From: an uncultured Bacteroidota bacterium | Lineage (GTDB): Bacteria; Bacteroidota; Bacteroidia; UBA7662; CAMTUB01 | Assembly: GCA_947084835.1 (NCBI GenBank) | Contig: CAMTUB010000028.1 | Coordinates: 26,227-90,226 of the forward strand | Direction of reading: 5' to 3' | Length of the DNA stretch: 64,000 nucleotides | Shown: one piece after another, positions 10,082-19,214 of the stretch | How the letters are laid out: the number at the start of each line of letters is the position of its first letter | Position numbering within the stretch: position 1 is the stretch's first letter | Notes under the pieces: model-generated | Told to the model about the DNA's origin: nothing | Database searches by the model: none | What the model saw: only the letters and a program-made list of their open reading frames with translations | Translations under genes and position numbers: made by a program

Positions 10082-11377
10082 ATGGCAGATTACAAAGTAA
10101 AAGATATCAGTTTAGCTGAATGGGGACGTAAAGAAATTACGTTGGCAGAGGCAGAAATGCCAGGATTAATGTCGCTTCGTAGCGAGTATGGCAATAGCAA
10201 ACCACTTAAAGGTGCGCGTATTGCTGGCTGTTTGCATATGACCATTCAAACTGCAGTATTAATTGAAACATTAACCCACTTAGGTGCTGAAGTTCAGTGG
10301 TCTTCGTGCAATATATTTTCAACACAAGATCATGCTGCTGCTGCAATTGCTGCTGCAGGAGTTCCTGTTTACGCTTGGAAGGGCATGAACGAAGAAGAAT
10401 TTGATTGGTGTATTGAGCAAACTGTTTTCTTTGGCGATAATACTCGTCCATTAAATATGATTTTAGACGATGGTGGCGATTTAACCAATATGGTTTTTGA
10501 TCGTTTTCCTGAGTTAACAGCTGGAATCAAAGGTTTATCAGAAGAAACAACTACTGGTGTTCATCGTTTACACGAACGTATGAAAAACGGCACGTTAGTT
10601 ATGCCTGCAATAAACGTTAACGATTCGGTTACAAAATCTAAATTCGATAACAAATACGGCTGTAAAGAGTCTTTGGTTGATTCTATCCGTAGAGCTACCG
10701 ATGTAATGATGGCTGGTAAAGTAGCTGTAGTTTGTGGTTATGGAGATGTTGGAAAAGGTTCTGCAGCTTCGTTAAGAGGCGCTGGTGCTCGTGTAATTGT
10801 AACAGAAATAGACCCTATTTGCGCTTTACAAGCAGCTATGGACGGATTCCAAGTTTTACCTTTGCATAAAGCGGCTCCTTTGGTTGATATCGTGGTTACT
10901 TCAACTGGTAATAAAGATATCGTTACTGAAAAGCACTTCCGTTTATTCAAAGACAAAGCTATTGTCTGTAACATTGGTCACTTCGATAACGAAATCGATA
11001 TGGCTTGGTTAAACAAAGCTTATGGACATACTAAGTTTACGGTTAAACCTCAGGTTGACATTTATAATGTTGAAGGAAATGAAGTTATTATTCTTGCTGA
11101 AGGACGTTTAGTAAACCTTGGTTGCGCTACGGGTCATCCATCTTTCGTAATGTCGAACTCTTTTACAAACCAAACTTTGGCTCAACTTGAACTTTGGAAT
11201 AATTCTGGCAGTTACGAGAACAAAGTGTACACTTTACCTAAGCATTTAGATGAAAAAGTAGCTTTTTTACACCTTGCTAAAATTGGCGTAGAACTTGAAG
11301 TGCTTAACCAAGAGCAAGCTGATTATATTGGCGTAAGCGTTGCAGGTCCATATAAGCCTGAAACTTATCGCTACTAA
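10082..11377 (+). CDS. ahcY: adenosylhomocysteinase
   Basis: 431 aa. NAD-binding [23 protein letters not shown], and C-terminal [10 protein letters not shown] typical of SAH hydrolase. Confidence 0.95.
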   Translation: MADYKVKDISLAEWGRKEITLAEAEMPGLMSLRSEYGNSKPLKGARIAGCLHMTIQTAVLIETLTHLGAEVQWSSCNIFSTQDHAAAAIAAAGVPVYAWKGMNEEEFDWCIEQTVFFGDNTRPLNMILDDGGDLTNMVFDRFPELTAGIKGLSEETTTGVHRLHERMKNGTLVMPAINVNDSVTKSKFDNKYGCKESLVDSIRRATDVMMAGKVAVVCGYGDVGKGSAASLRGAGARVIVTEIDPICALQAAMDGFQVLPLHKAAPLVDIVVTSTGNKDIVTEKHFRLFKDKAIVCNIGHFDNEIDMAWLNKAYGHTKFTVKPQVDIYNVEGNEVIILAEGRLVNLGCATGHPSFVMSNSFTNQTLAQLELWNNSGSYENKVYTLPKHLDEKVAFLHLAKIGVELEVLNQEQADYIGVSVAGPYKPETYRY

Positions 11378-11391
11378 GAATTTATAATTTC

Positions 11392-11419
11392 AAAAAACCG
11401 GCCTAGTGCCGGTTTTTTT
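11392..11419. terminator. bidirectional rho-independent terminator between ahcY and the SprB-repeat gene
   Basis: aaaaaaCCGGCctagtGCCGGttttttt: a GC stem flanked by an A-run and a T-run, between two convergent stop codons. Confidence 0.75.
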
Positions 11420-14400
11420 ATCTCTTTTTTATGGGGCTTGTATTTGGAGAAGGTGCAATCTGAATATTTTTTACATCAATAATCTTGCATCCTATGGGTG
11501 AAGATTCTTCAATACTTAACGATGACCAACCAGGTGTTAGTACTTTAATCCCCACAGCACTTGTTGCTTGCCCAGTTCCAATTGAACCGTTAGAAATTGA
11601 CCACGAATAGGTGTTCCCCGAAGTATTATTTACTCCATAATTATAGAGTTTATTTGTACAAATAGAATCTATGCCTACTATGGATGGAGTTGGATATTTT
11701 TCAAAAGTTACCGATTTGACAAAACGTCCCAAACATCCTTTTTGATCTACAACATCTAGCAAATAAAAACCTGGATTATTTACCATAAATGAATCTACAT
11801 TTCCTGGGTTTGCAACTCCAGATGGTACATCCCAATAATAAGTAAATGGGCTTGTTCCGTTTCTAATACTGCTTTTTAATGATGTAGGGGCACCTTCGCA
11901 TGTAAGTTCATAATGAAGCGTTACCTCAGGATTGGTATTAACTGTTAAAATACCGCTACCAGTTACTTTGCATCCTTTACTGTCGGTAACCGTTGCGGTA
12001 TAGGTTCCTCCAAAAATGGTGTAAAATGACGATGTGTTCCCGGGATTATTCATACCAAAAGGGACCGACCAACTTAAAGCATATGTTGGCGTTCCTGAAC
12101 TAACGTTTGCTGTTATCAAAGCACTTATCCTTTCGCAAGTAGAAACCGGTGGGATATAGATAACTGGGGCAGGATTATTGGCAAATAAACTATTTGCATT
12201 TGCAGTGCATCCTTTTCTATCGGTAACAACAATGGAATATGTACCGTAAACACTGGCTAAAAAGGTTGATACATTTCCGGGAGATGCCTGACCAACTGGC
12301 ACAGACCAATTGTAAGTGTAAGGGGTTGTTCCTCCCGAAGAAATAGCTTTAATCGTTTTAGAATACCCTTGGCACGTATCTATAGGAGGTAATGTTACTA
12401 ATGGCAACGGATTATGGGTAAATGAGGTTGAAGCATTTCCTATACATCCTTTATTATCGGTAACCATAGTCGAATAGGCTCCTGCAACACTCGCTAAAAA
12501 TGACGCTACATTGCCAGGCGAAGATTGTCCAGATGGAGTTGTCCAAAAATAGGTATAAGGCGAAGTCCCATTTGAAACGGCAGCAACGATGGTTTTTGAC
12601 AACCCTGCACAAGTATCGATTGCTGGAAGTGAAATTATTGGTAATGAATTATACGTAAATGTTGTAGATGTAGAATTTGCCCTACATCCTTTTGTGTCTG
12701 TTAATATAATTGAATAGGTACCAATAACGGTTGCTACAAAGGAAGACACATTACCTGGTGCAGATTGACCTGAGGGTACAGTCCAACTATAATTATATGA
12801 TGGTGTTCCACTTGACCCAAATGCTTGCAGCGTTTTTGATATTCCAAAACACGTATCAATTGCTGGTAACGAAACTAACGGCAATGGGTTATGGGTAAAC
12901 GTTGCCGATGCATTTGCCTTGCATCCTTTAGTATCAGATAAAATTATGGAATAAGAACCAGCAACACTAGCGGTAAAGGTCGAAACGTTTCCTGGTGCAG
13001 ACTGACCTGCTGGTACTGACCAACTATAACTATAGGGTGTTGTTCCACCAGAAGGCGAAGCAATTAATGTTTTAGAAATTCCTTGGCACGTATCAATGTT
13101 TGGAATTGAAATATTTGGCAATGAGTTTATCGTTACGGTTACTTGAAACCTCGGCCCAATACATCCACCTACTCCAACAGAAGCTACAAAGTAAAAGCGA
13201 GTTCCTGACAAACTTGGGGTAGTAAATGATGAGCCGTTAAACAACACCCCTGTACTTACAGCAGTACTGTACCAATTATTTGAAACTCCATTTGTACCTA
13301 AACTTGATACAAAGGTTACAGTACCCGGCCCACATCGAGCAACATTGGTTGCAGAAGGAATTCCAGGAATTGGATTTACTGTAACTTTAACAGAATCGTA
13401 TGAAAAACATCCGTTGGTTGTATTCGTTAATAATAATCGAATAAATTGATCACCTAGGGTTGTATTTATATACGTAATACTATTGGTGGATTGGCCAGAA
13501 TATACACTTCCACCCGTAACACTCCAATTATAACTATGATTTGTTAAACTTGTTTGAGAAAATACAATAGTGTCGTTATTACAAGCTGATGATTTCCCTG
13601 TTATAGAAATTATTGGCTTAGTTGAAGTACCAATTACTACAGGAGCCGTAGTTTTTCTACACCCTTTCGCATCCGTAATAGTTACTGTATATGTTCCTGC
13701 AGTTGCGTTAATTGAGGCGGTTGTAGCAGCATTAGACCATAAATACGAATATGGTGCAAAACCAAGCCCCGGAACGGCTGTTAAAACAGTCGACTGACCG
13801 CTACAAACTGCTGTTATTGGGGCATTAATTGAGCCTGTTAAATCTAAGCTAAAATATACACGAACTGTATCATTAAACTGGGTACCACAAAGTGTATTTG
13901 ATCTTGTTCCAGTTACTACATAATCTACATACGGTGGCAAGGTACCTGTAGCTGGTGGAGTTACAATTACCGTATCCTTACCCGTTTGTGCACTTAACCA
14001 ACTGTTGTAGGTTGCATTATTTCCCACTGATTCCACAACAATCGAAGACTTAAGTACCCCTGTTATAAGTATGGAATCTTTACAACCATTGGTGGTATAT
14101 AATGGCTTTTTGAGAATTCTGGGTTTACTTATAGATGTAATTATATACTCAATAGCATTATCACCCGGCTTACAAAATGTAATGTATTGAGTCCCAGAAC
14201 CACTTATACATGTTTGAGCTCCTACAGCAATATTTGGACCGCAATTTACCTTATACACAGAAACGCCACCTCCTAACCCACCAGAAGCACCTAAACTTAC
14301 AGCCTCTGCATCCGGAGACAATGTTATTGCAAAAACTACGCAATTTGTAGTCGAGCAGCAATTTCCGGCCCTTGTAGTAGTTACTCTAATAACAGAATCT

Positions 14401-14519
14401 GGATTACTGCTTAAATTATATGTAAGGGTGGTTACCCCCGAACACGGATTTTGGGCTAAAATATAGCTTGGCATTAAAAACCAAAACAGAAAGAAAAGTA
14501 ATAGCCCCGTATTTTTCAT
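11418..14519 (-). CDS. large secreted Cys-rich protein with PKD-like domains and seven SprB-type repeats; no T9SS sorting domain
   Basis: Signal peptide MKNTGLLLFFLFWFLMPSYILAQ. One SprB-type unit lies at aa ~231-297. Six tandem ~79-aa units follow at aa ~464-940 (..IDTC.G.SKT....SGGT.PY.YSW.VP.GQS.PGN.S.F.A...G.Y....TD.KGC..). A terminal PKD-like domain is present. The start overlaps the upstream stop (TAATG). Confidence 0.8.
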   Translation of the reverse strand: MKNTGLLLFFLFWFLMPSYILAQNPCSGVTTLTYNLSSNPDSVIRVTTTRAGNCCSTTNCVVFAITLSPDAEAVSLGASGGLGGGVSVYKVNCGPNIAVGAQTCISGSGTQYITFCKPGDNAIEYIITSISKPRILKKPLYTTNGCKDSILITGVLKSSIVVESVGNNATYNSWLSAQTGKDTVIVTPPATGTLPPYVDYVVTGTRSNTLCGTQFNDTVRVYFSLDLTGSINAPITAVCSGQSTVLTAVPGLGFAPYSYLWSNAATTASINATAGTYTVTITDAKGCRKTTAPVVIGTSTKPIISITGKSSACNNDTIVFSQTSLTNHSYNWSVTGGSVYSGQSTNSITYINTTLGDQFIRLLLTNTTNGCFSYDSVKVTVNPIPGIPSATNVARCGPGTVTFVSSLGTNGVSNNWYSTAVSTGVLFNGSSFTTPSLSGTRFYFVASVGVGGCIGPRFQVTVTINSLPNISIPNIDTCQGISKTLIASPSGGTTPYSYSWSVPAGQSAPGNVSTFTASVAGSYSIILSDTKGCKANASATFTHNPLPLVSLPAIDTCFGISKTLQAFGSSGTPSYNYSWTVPSGQSAPGNVSSFVATVIGTYSIILTDTKGCRANSTSTTFTYNSLPIISLPAIDTCAGLSKTIVAAVSNGTSPYTYFWTTPSGQSSPGNVASFLASVAGAYSTMVTDNKGCIGNASTSFTHNPLPLVTLPPIDTCQGYSKTIKAISSGGTTPYTYNWSVPVGQASPGNVSTFLASVYGTYSIVVTDRKGCTANANSLFANNPAPVIYIPPVSTCERISALITANVSSGTPTYALSWSVPFGMNNPGNTSSFYTIFGGTYTATVTDSKGCKVTGSGILTVNTNPEVTLHYELTCEGAPTSLKSSIRNGTSPFTYYWDVPSGVANPGNVDSFMVNNPGFYLLDVVDQKGCLGRFVKSVTFEKYPTPSIVGIDSICTNKLYNYGVNNTSGNTYSWSISNGSIGTGQATSAVGIKVLTPGWSSLSIEESSPIGCKIIDVKNIQIAPSPNTSPIKKR
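11700..13130 (-). repeat. six tandem protein-level repeats (~237 nt each, SprB-type) inside the 1033-aa CDS
   Basis: The repeat is obvious in the translation. The DNA copies are clearly diverged by eye, so these are old duplications. Confidence 0.8.
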
Positions 14520-15577
14520 TACCTCATTAACATAACTGAAGTATTTTCAGAATAAAACTTACCATCTTGACCCATTGCTCGTATAACAACAACATACGAA
14601 CCATCTTGCACAATTTCTCCATTAAAAGTTCCGTCCCAGCCCATGTCTAAATCAGCTGAACCGAAAACTTTCTTTCCCCAACGGTCAAATATTTCCATTT
14701 GAAACGCAACAATGCCTGTGCCAAGCACTCTAAACACATCGTTCAAATTATCGTTATTGGGAGTAAAGGCATTTGGTACAAAAAGTGTTGACCTATCGCC
14801 AATTACCAATTTATAATTTACAGTATCTGAACAACCCAATCCGTTATCCACAATACAAATTATCTCTTTAATGCCTGGCTCTGTTATTTTAATTACGGGT
14901 GATTTTCCTACACTAAACGGTGCACTTTCTCCTTTATAGTACCATTTATACAAAACAGCTCCGTAACCGTTTACTGTCAGATAAATATCTTCATCCAAAC
15001 GTGGTTTCTTCGGATGCGCTACAATCTGTACGCTTGGTTTAGGAAGAACAGAAATAGTTTTATAGCTGGTGTCGTTACCGCATTGCGCATCATATCCAAT
15101 TACATAAAAACGATTTGTTTTAGTTGGAGCAGCAATAATGGTGTCTTTGCTTTCGCCTGTATTCCATCGTATATAAGAATAACCGGGATGCGATGCCGAA
15201 AGCAATATTGCTTCGCCATTGCAAAGTTGGTCTTCGCCAAATATTTTTATAGAACCGGGTCCTTTTATAATCACTTTAGCTTTTACTGTATCCCCGTAAC
15301 ATCCGTTTGGCCCTATCTCCACCACCTTTATGTCATAAACACCAGGAACATTTCCCCAGCTAACATAAATAAGATTGGAATCTGGCTTTGAAGCAATTAA
15401 TCCTCCAATTAAAATCCAATTATATTTTGAATTTGGAGTATAATTAACCATGTATTTTGATGGAAAGTTGGGTTTACAAATGGTGTCGATATATTGCCCA
15501 TTCGCAAAAAAACTATACAAGATAGCCCACTTAAAAAAAATTATTTTTAGCGCTGTCTTATATAGTTCTGGTCTCAT
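14519..15577 (-). CDS. T9SS type-B sorting domain (gliding motility-associated C-terminal domain) protein with N-terminal PKD-like domain
   Basis: C-terminus LFVPNAFTPNNDNLNDVFRVLG...EIFDRWGKKVF...WDGTFNG...GSYVVVI...MLMR matches the TIGR04131-type CTD pattern. Confidence 0.85.
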   Translation of the reverse strand: MRPELYKTALKIIFFKWAILYSFFANGQYIDTICKPNFPSKYMVNYTPNSKYNWILIGGLIASKPDSNLIYVSWGNVPGVYDIKVVEIGPNGCYGDTVKAKVIIKGPGSIKIFGEDQLCNGEAILLSASHPGYSYIRWNTGESKDTIIAAPTKTNRFYVIGYDAQCGNDTSYKTISVLPKPSVQIVAHPKKPRLDEDIYLTVNGYGAVLYKWYYKGESAPFSVGKSPVIKITEPGIKEIICIVDNGLGCSDTVNYKLVIGDRSTLFVPNAFTPNNDNLNDVFRVLGTGIVAFQMEIFDRWGKKVFGSADLDMGWDGTFNGEIVQDGSYVVVIRAMGQDGKFYSENTSVMLMR

Positions 15578-15618
15578 AATTAAAAAGCAAAATTGTAATA
15601 AAATCTACCTTTTATCGC

Positions 15619-15656
15619 ATAAAAAAAATAACTGGCTACCCTACAAAGTAGCCAGT
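15619..15656 (-). terminator. rho-independent terminator or attenuator after the 229-aa gene
   Basis: On the minus strand: ACTGGCTAC-tttgtagg-GTAGCCAGT followed by tatttttttt. 9-bp perfect stem plus a T8 run, 13 nt after the stop. Confidence 0.7.
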
Positions 15657-15668
15657 CTGGAAAATGAA

Positions 15669-16358
15669 CTACAATCTTCTAATTGGAGAAGTTGTTGGAA
15701 GTGGATTGATGGTAATGGTTGCAGAACCAGATCCAGTATTAGAACAACCAAAACTATCTGTAACTGTTGGTACAGTAATAGTATAAAGGTGATTGCTTGC
15801 TAAGTTATTTAAAGTATGCGTATGTGTCATTGAACTTGCAGGTGCTGGTACAGGCGTAGCCACATTACCATTACTAGCTGTTGTATTAGTTGCACCAGTT
15901 GCACTGTTTCTATCGTCAATAGAAAGACCATAGGTCCAGGCAGTCGTTGAAGGATCACCAGTAAAATCTATGTTAAAATTACCAGAAGTTGGGCCAGTTT
16001 TGTTAAAACAGGCAACCAAGGCGCCAGCAATAGTTGCTGTTGGTAGTTGTCTACGTTTAATTAAAAATTCAATAGTGTCTCCAAAACAACCATATCTATT
16101 TTCTTCTACTACTTTTATATAATCAACTCCTGGAGTTGAACTAAAGTCTAAGGTAATAGTAGATGTGTTTGAACCGCTTGCTAGCGTAGCACCATTTATC
16201 ATCCAATGGTACGTTGAACCCGCTGAATCCTCTACTGTGTATCGGATTCCTGTAGAACCTGCGCAAACTTCATCGTTGATGGTTTGTGCACTTGAACTCA
16301 AACTGAGCATCAGTGTACAAAATACGAATACACTGATAATTGTGTTGAACTGTTTCAT
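15669..16358 (-). CDS. small secreted PKD-like domain protein (first gene of the secreted-protein operon)
   Basis: Signal peptide MKQFNTIISVFVFCTLMLSLSSSAQ. PKD-like unit VCAGSTGIRYTV...YHWMINGATL...VVEENRYGCFGD. No recognisable T9SS CTD. Confidence 0.7.
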   Translation of the reverse strand: MKQFNTIISVFVFCTLMLSLSSSAQTINDEVCAGSTGIRYTVEDSAGSTYHWMINGATLASGSNTSTITLDFSSTPGVDYIKVVEENRYGCFGDTIEFLIKRRQLPTATIAGALVACFNKTGPTSGNFNIDFTGDPSTTAWTYGLSIDDRNSATGATNTTASNGNVATPVPAPASSMTHTHTLNNLASNHLYTITVPTVTDSFGCSNTGSGSATITINPLPTTSPIRRL

Positions 16359-16804
16359 AATCTTATCTTTAGTTTTGGGTTGTTAAAAGTTTTTTCAAAG
16401 ATTTACTTGAACTCAAACCTAAAAACCAAACGGTCTTTTTAAAAACCAAATAGATATTATTTATTATTTATGTGTTTTATTATTGTTTAATAGATAAAAT
16501 AGGCAATAAAATTAAATGAAAGATGAAAAATACTTATGTTAACATTTTCTATTAATTTCGATAGGAACTACTTTTAGCGTTTAGGAATTAACTTTGATTT
16601 TTTATATTAAAAACTGTAGGCAGTTTTAGAATGTGTTTTAACATTGAAACTTCACTTTTTTTTAGTTTAATTTTAAAAATGGAATATTTATTTAAAATCG
16701 AACAACAAATTTTAAATTTTTAAAATTGAAATATGTTATTTTTTTTTAATTCTACGATCCTCATTTTTATAATCAACCTACTCAATTACATATACTTATA
16801 ATTT

Positions 16805-17992
16805 GTGGAGAACAACTTATTAAAACTTTTACAATCTGATTCAATAACTTCTTTCATCAAAGAAAATGGAATGGAAAACACTAAAACCTTAGCCCTAAAA
16901 TTTAATGGAAAAGTAAATTTTAATTTGATTTTAGCTTGCGAACAAATAGAATTAAGGCAAAAAGCAGCACAAAAACTACCACAATGGGTTAAAGCGGAAT
17001 GTGGATTTACCCGTAGAGCATACGAACAGTGTACTGCAGAAAAAGTAGCCCTTTTCAGATCAAAACTAATAAATTCTAAAAAAACTCTTGATTTAACCGC
17101 AGGATTAGGTGTAGACGCATGGGCGTTGGCTCAAAAAAATATAGAAGTAACTGTAGTTGAAAGAAACGGGGAATTACGCGCCCTGCTTGATTGGAATTTT
17201 AAAAAGCTTGGAGCAACCATTAGTTTAAGGCCAGAATTTGATGCTTTAGAAACCGTACAAAACATAAAAGCAGACGAATTCGATACTGTTTTTTTTGATC
17301 CAGACCGTAGACCCGATGAAATAAGAACAAACAATCTGCATGCCTATTCTCCAAATCCAATAGAAATTGTAAACGCACTTGGGCAGAAGGTGAATCAAGT
17401 GTTCATTAAATTATCTCCCATGGTTGATATTACTGCATTAAAAGCAGATATCCCAGCGATAAATTCTGTTGGTATTATCTCTTTAAAAAACGAAATGAAA
17501 GAGGTTTTAGCAATTATTGATTACCAAAAACCAGCTGGGTTTTCAGTTTTTATTGCAGAAGCCGATAATGAAACCATTCAACATACACAAGATTATACAT
17601 CTATTGAAAAAATCGAACCTCAGCCTTTAAAATCCTACTTAATTGAGCCGCCTGTTGGGGTTATTAAAGTGCAATTGTCTGGAGAATGGGGGAAAACATT
17701 TAATCTACACCCTATTTCTATTGGAAGTACACTCTTAACGGCTGAAAACAAAACGGATTGCCCCGGTAGATGGTTTCAAATTATTGAGGTTTTAAAATAT
17801 AAACCGAATCAAATAAAAACCTATTTGAAAGCAAATGGGATTTCGAAAGCCAATATCAGTTGCCGAAATTTTGGCATAAAGCCAGAAGAAATAAAAAAAT
17901 CGTTCAAGCTAAATGATGGTGGAAGTGTTTACCTTTTCTTTACAACTCTACTGAATGATGAAAGAGTTTGTATTGTAACCAAAAAAGCTTAA
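16805..17992 (+). CDS. class I SAM-dependent methyltransferase (THUMP-like C-terminal region)
   Basis: SAM motif I TLDLTAGLGVDAWALA and post-I VTVVERN. 395-aa ORF with GTG start; an internal ATG at 16868 is an alternative. Confidence 0.6.
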   Translation: MENNLLKLLQSDSITSFIKENGMENTKTLALKFNGKVNFNLILACEQIELRQKAAQKLPQWVKAECGFTRRAYEQCTAEKVALFRSKLINSKKTLDLTAGLGVDAWALAQKNIEVTVVERNGELRALLDWNFKKLGATISLRPEFDALETVQNIKADEFDTVFFDPDRRPDEIRTNNLHAYSPNPIEIVNALGQKVNQVFIKLSPMVDITALKADIPAINSVGIISLKNEMKEVLAIIDYQKPAGFSVFIAEADNETIQHTQDYTSIEKIEPQPLKSYLIEPPVGVIKVQLSGEWGKTFNLHPISIGSTLLTAENKTDCPGRWFQIIEVLKYKPNQIKTYLKANGISKANISCRNFGIKPEEIKKSFKLNDGGSVYLFFTTLLNDERVCIVTKKA

Positions 17993-17994
17993 TG

Positions 17995-18480
17995 TTAACT
18001 TTTATGGGTTAGCGCAAGCATTTGAAGCGCACTGTATGCTGCCTCCTCGCCCTTGTTTCCCAAAATACCACCAGCTCTGTCCAAAGCTTGTTGTTGGGTT
18101 AATGTGGTAATTACTCCAAAAATTACAGGTTTGCCAGAATCTAAATTTAAGCGCATTAAACCATGCGAAACAGATTCGCTGATAAACTCAAAATGAGGAG
18201 TATCGCCTTTTACCAAGCAACCAATGCAAATTACGGCATCTGCTTTTAATGTATTTAGCGCATGGCTAGCTCCTAACGGGAGCTCAAAACTACCAGGAAC
18301 ATCTAATAAGATAATATTTTCAGGTAATACACCTGATGCGTTTAAAATAACAAGGGCGCCATTTGTTAGCGCCCCTGTTATATCGGTATTCCAAGCAGCT
18401 TTTACAATAGCAATACGTTTATATTGTATTGGAAACCCCTCTGGTAACGAGTAGGTTAAAGTAAAAGCACCTGTTGACAT
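17995..18480 (-). CDS. ribH: 6,7-dimethyl-8-ribityllumazine synthase
   Basis: 161 aa. VPGSFELP, VICIGCLVKGDTPHFEFI, GVITT and LDRAG motifs. Confidence 0.9.
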   Translation of the reverse strand: MSTGAFTLTYSLPEGFPIQYKRIAIVKAAWNTDITGALTNGALVILNASGVLPENIILLDVPGSFELPLGASHALNTLKADAVICIGCLVKGDTPHFEFISESVSHGLMRLNLDSGKPVIFGVITTLTQQQALDRAGGILGNKGEEAAYSALQMLALTHKS

Positions 18481-19193
18481 TATCTGCCTAATTTAGTTTG
18501 TAGGCGTAAAATGTATTTATCAGCATTTTGTCCTTCTTGAGTTGTTCCATAGTTACTCTTCAACTTCTCAAATAGGCTTAATGCATCTTCGTTTTTGCCC
18601 ATTAACTCAGCCAATTCGCCTGACTTTTGCAAATAATATGGCGTAGTAAAATTGTTTACGTTTTCTACATATGCTTTTTTGTAATAGCTTAACGCATCGT
18701 CTTTTTTGTCTAGCTCTAAATATGCATCGCCTATTGCACCATAAGCCATACAGGTTAAAACTTGGTCGTCAGAGCTAAATCCTTTTAACTCTTCAACAGC
18801 TTCGTTATACTGCCCTGTGCGCAATAAACTTACGCCCATATAATAGTGAGCAAGATTACCTGCCTTTGTAGAACCAAAATCTTCGATTATTTGCTTAAAA
18901 CCAAGGTTGTTTTTGTCGCCATTGATTGCAAGTTTAAATGAATCAACTTCGAAAAAACGCTCAGCAGAATACATTGCTGCTGCTGCTTCTTTTTCTTGGG
19001 CTGGTGAATACACTTTACTGTAATAATACCACCCTGCAAATACCACCACTATACCACCAATAACCCCAAATAATAGGTTTTTGTTTTTTGACAGAAACTC
19101 TTCAGATCTTGAAATGGTTTCAGTGATACTCATCTCTTCAACACCAAAATCCATTGGTGCATGCTCTTCGTTCTGATTGTTTTTATTAGACAT
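18480..19193 (-). CDS. membrane-anchored tetratricopeptide-repeat protein (YfgM-like)
   Basis: One TM helix (LLFGVIGGIVVVFAGWYYY) followed by TPR-like helices. The stop overlaps the ribH start. Confidence 0.6.
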   Translation of the reverse strand: MSNKNNQNEEHAPMDFGVEEMSITETISRSEEFLSKNKNLLFGVIGGIVVVFAGWYYYSKVYSPAQEKEAAAAMYSAERFFEVDSFKLAINGDKNNLGFKQIIEDFGSTKAGNLAHYYMGVSLLRTGQYNEAVEELKGFSSDDQVLTCMAYGAIGDAYLELDKKDDALSYYKKAYVENVNNFTTPYYLQKSGELAELMGKNEDALSLFEKLKSNYGTTQEGQNADKYILRLQTKLGR

Positions 19194-19214
19194 TTTATTG
19201 TTCTTCTAAATTAT

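Noticed and set aside
14519-14521. Possibility that the 352-aa type-B CTD gene and the 1033-aa repeat gene are one adhesin gene broken by a frameshift.
   Set aside because: The CTD-bearing gene is upstream of the repeat gene, whereas the sorting domain must be C-terminal. The 1033-aa protein also has its own signal peptide and a clean TAATG restart.
16359-16804. AT-rich 446-nt region as a replication origin or mobile-element scar.
   Set aside because: I found no DnaA-box-like TTATCCACA motifs, no terminal inverted repeats or direct target duplications, and no adjacent dnaA/dnaN or transposase. It is kept only as a regulatory-region finding.
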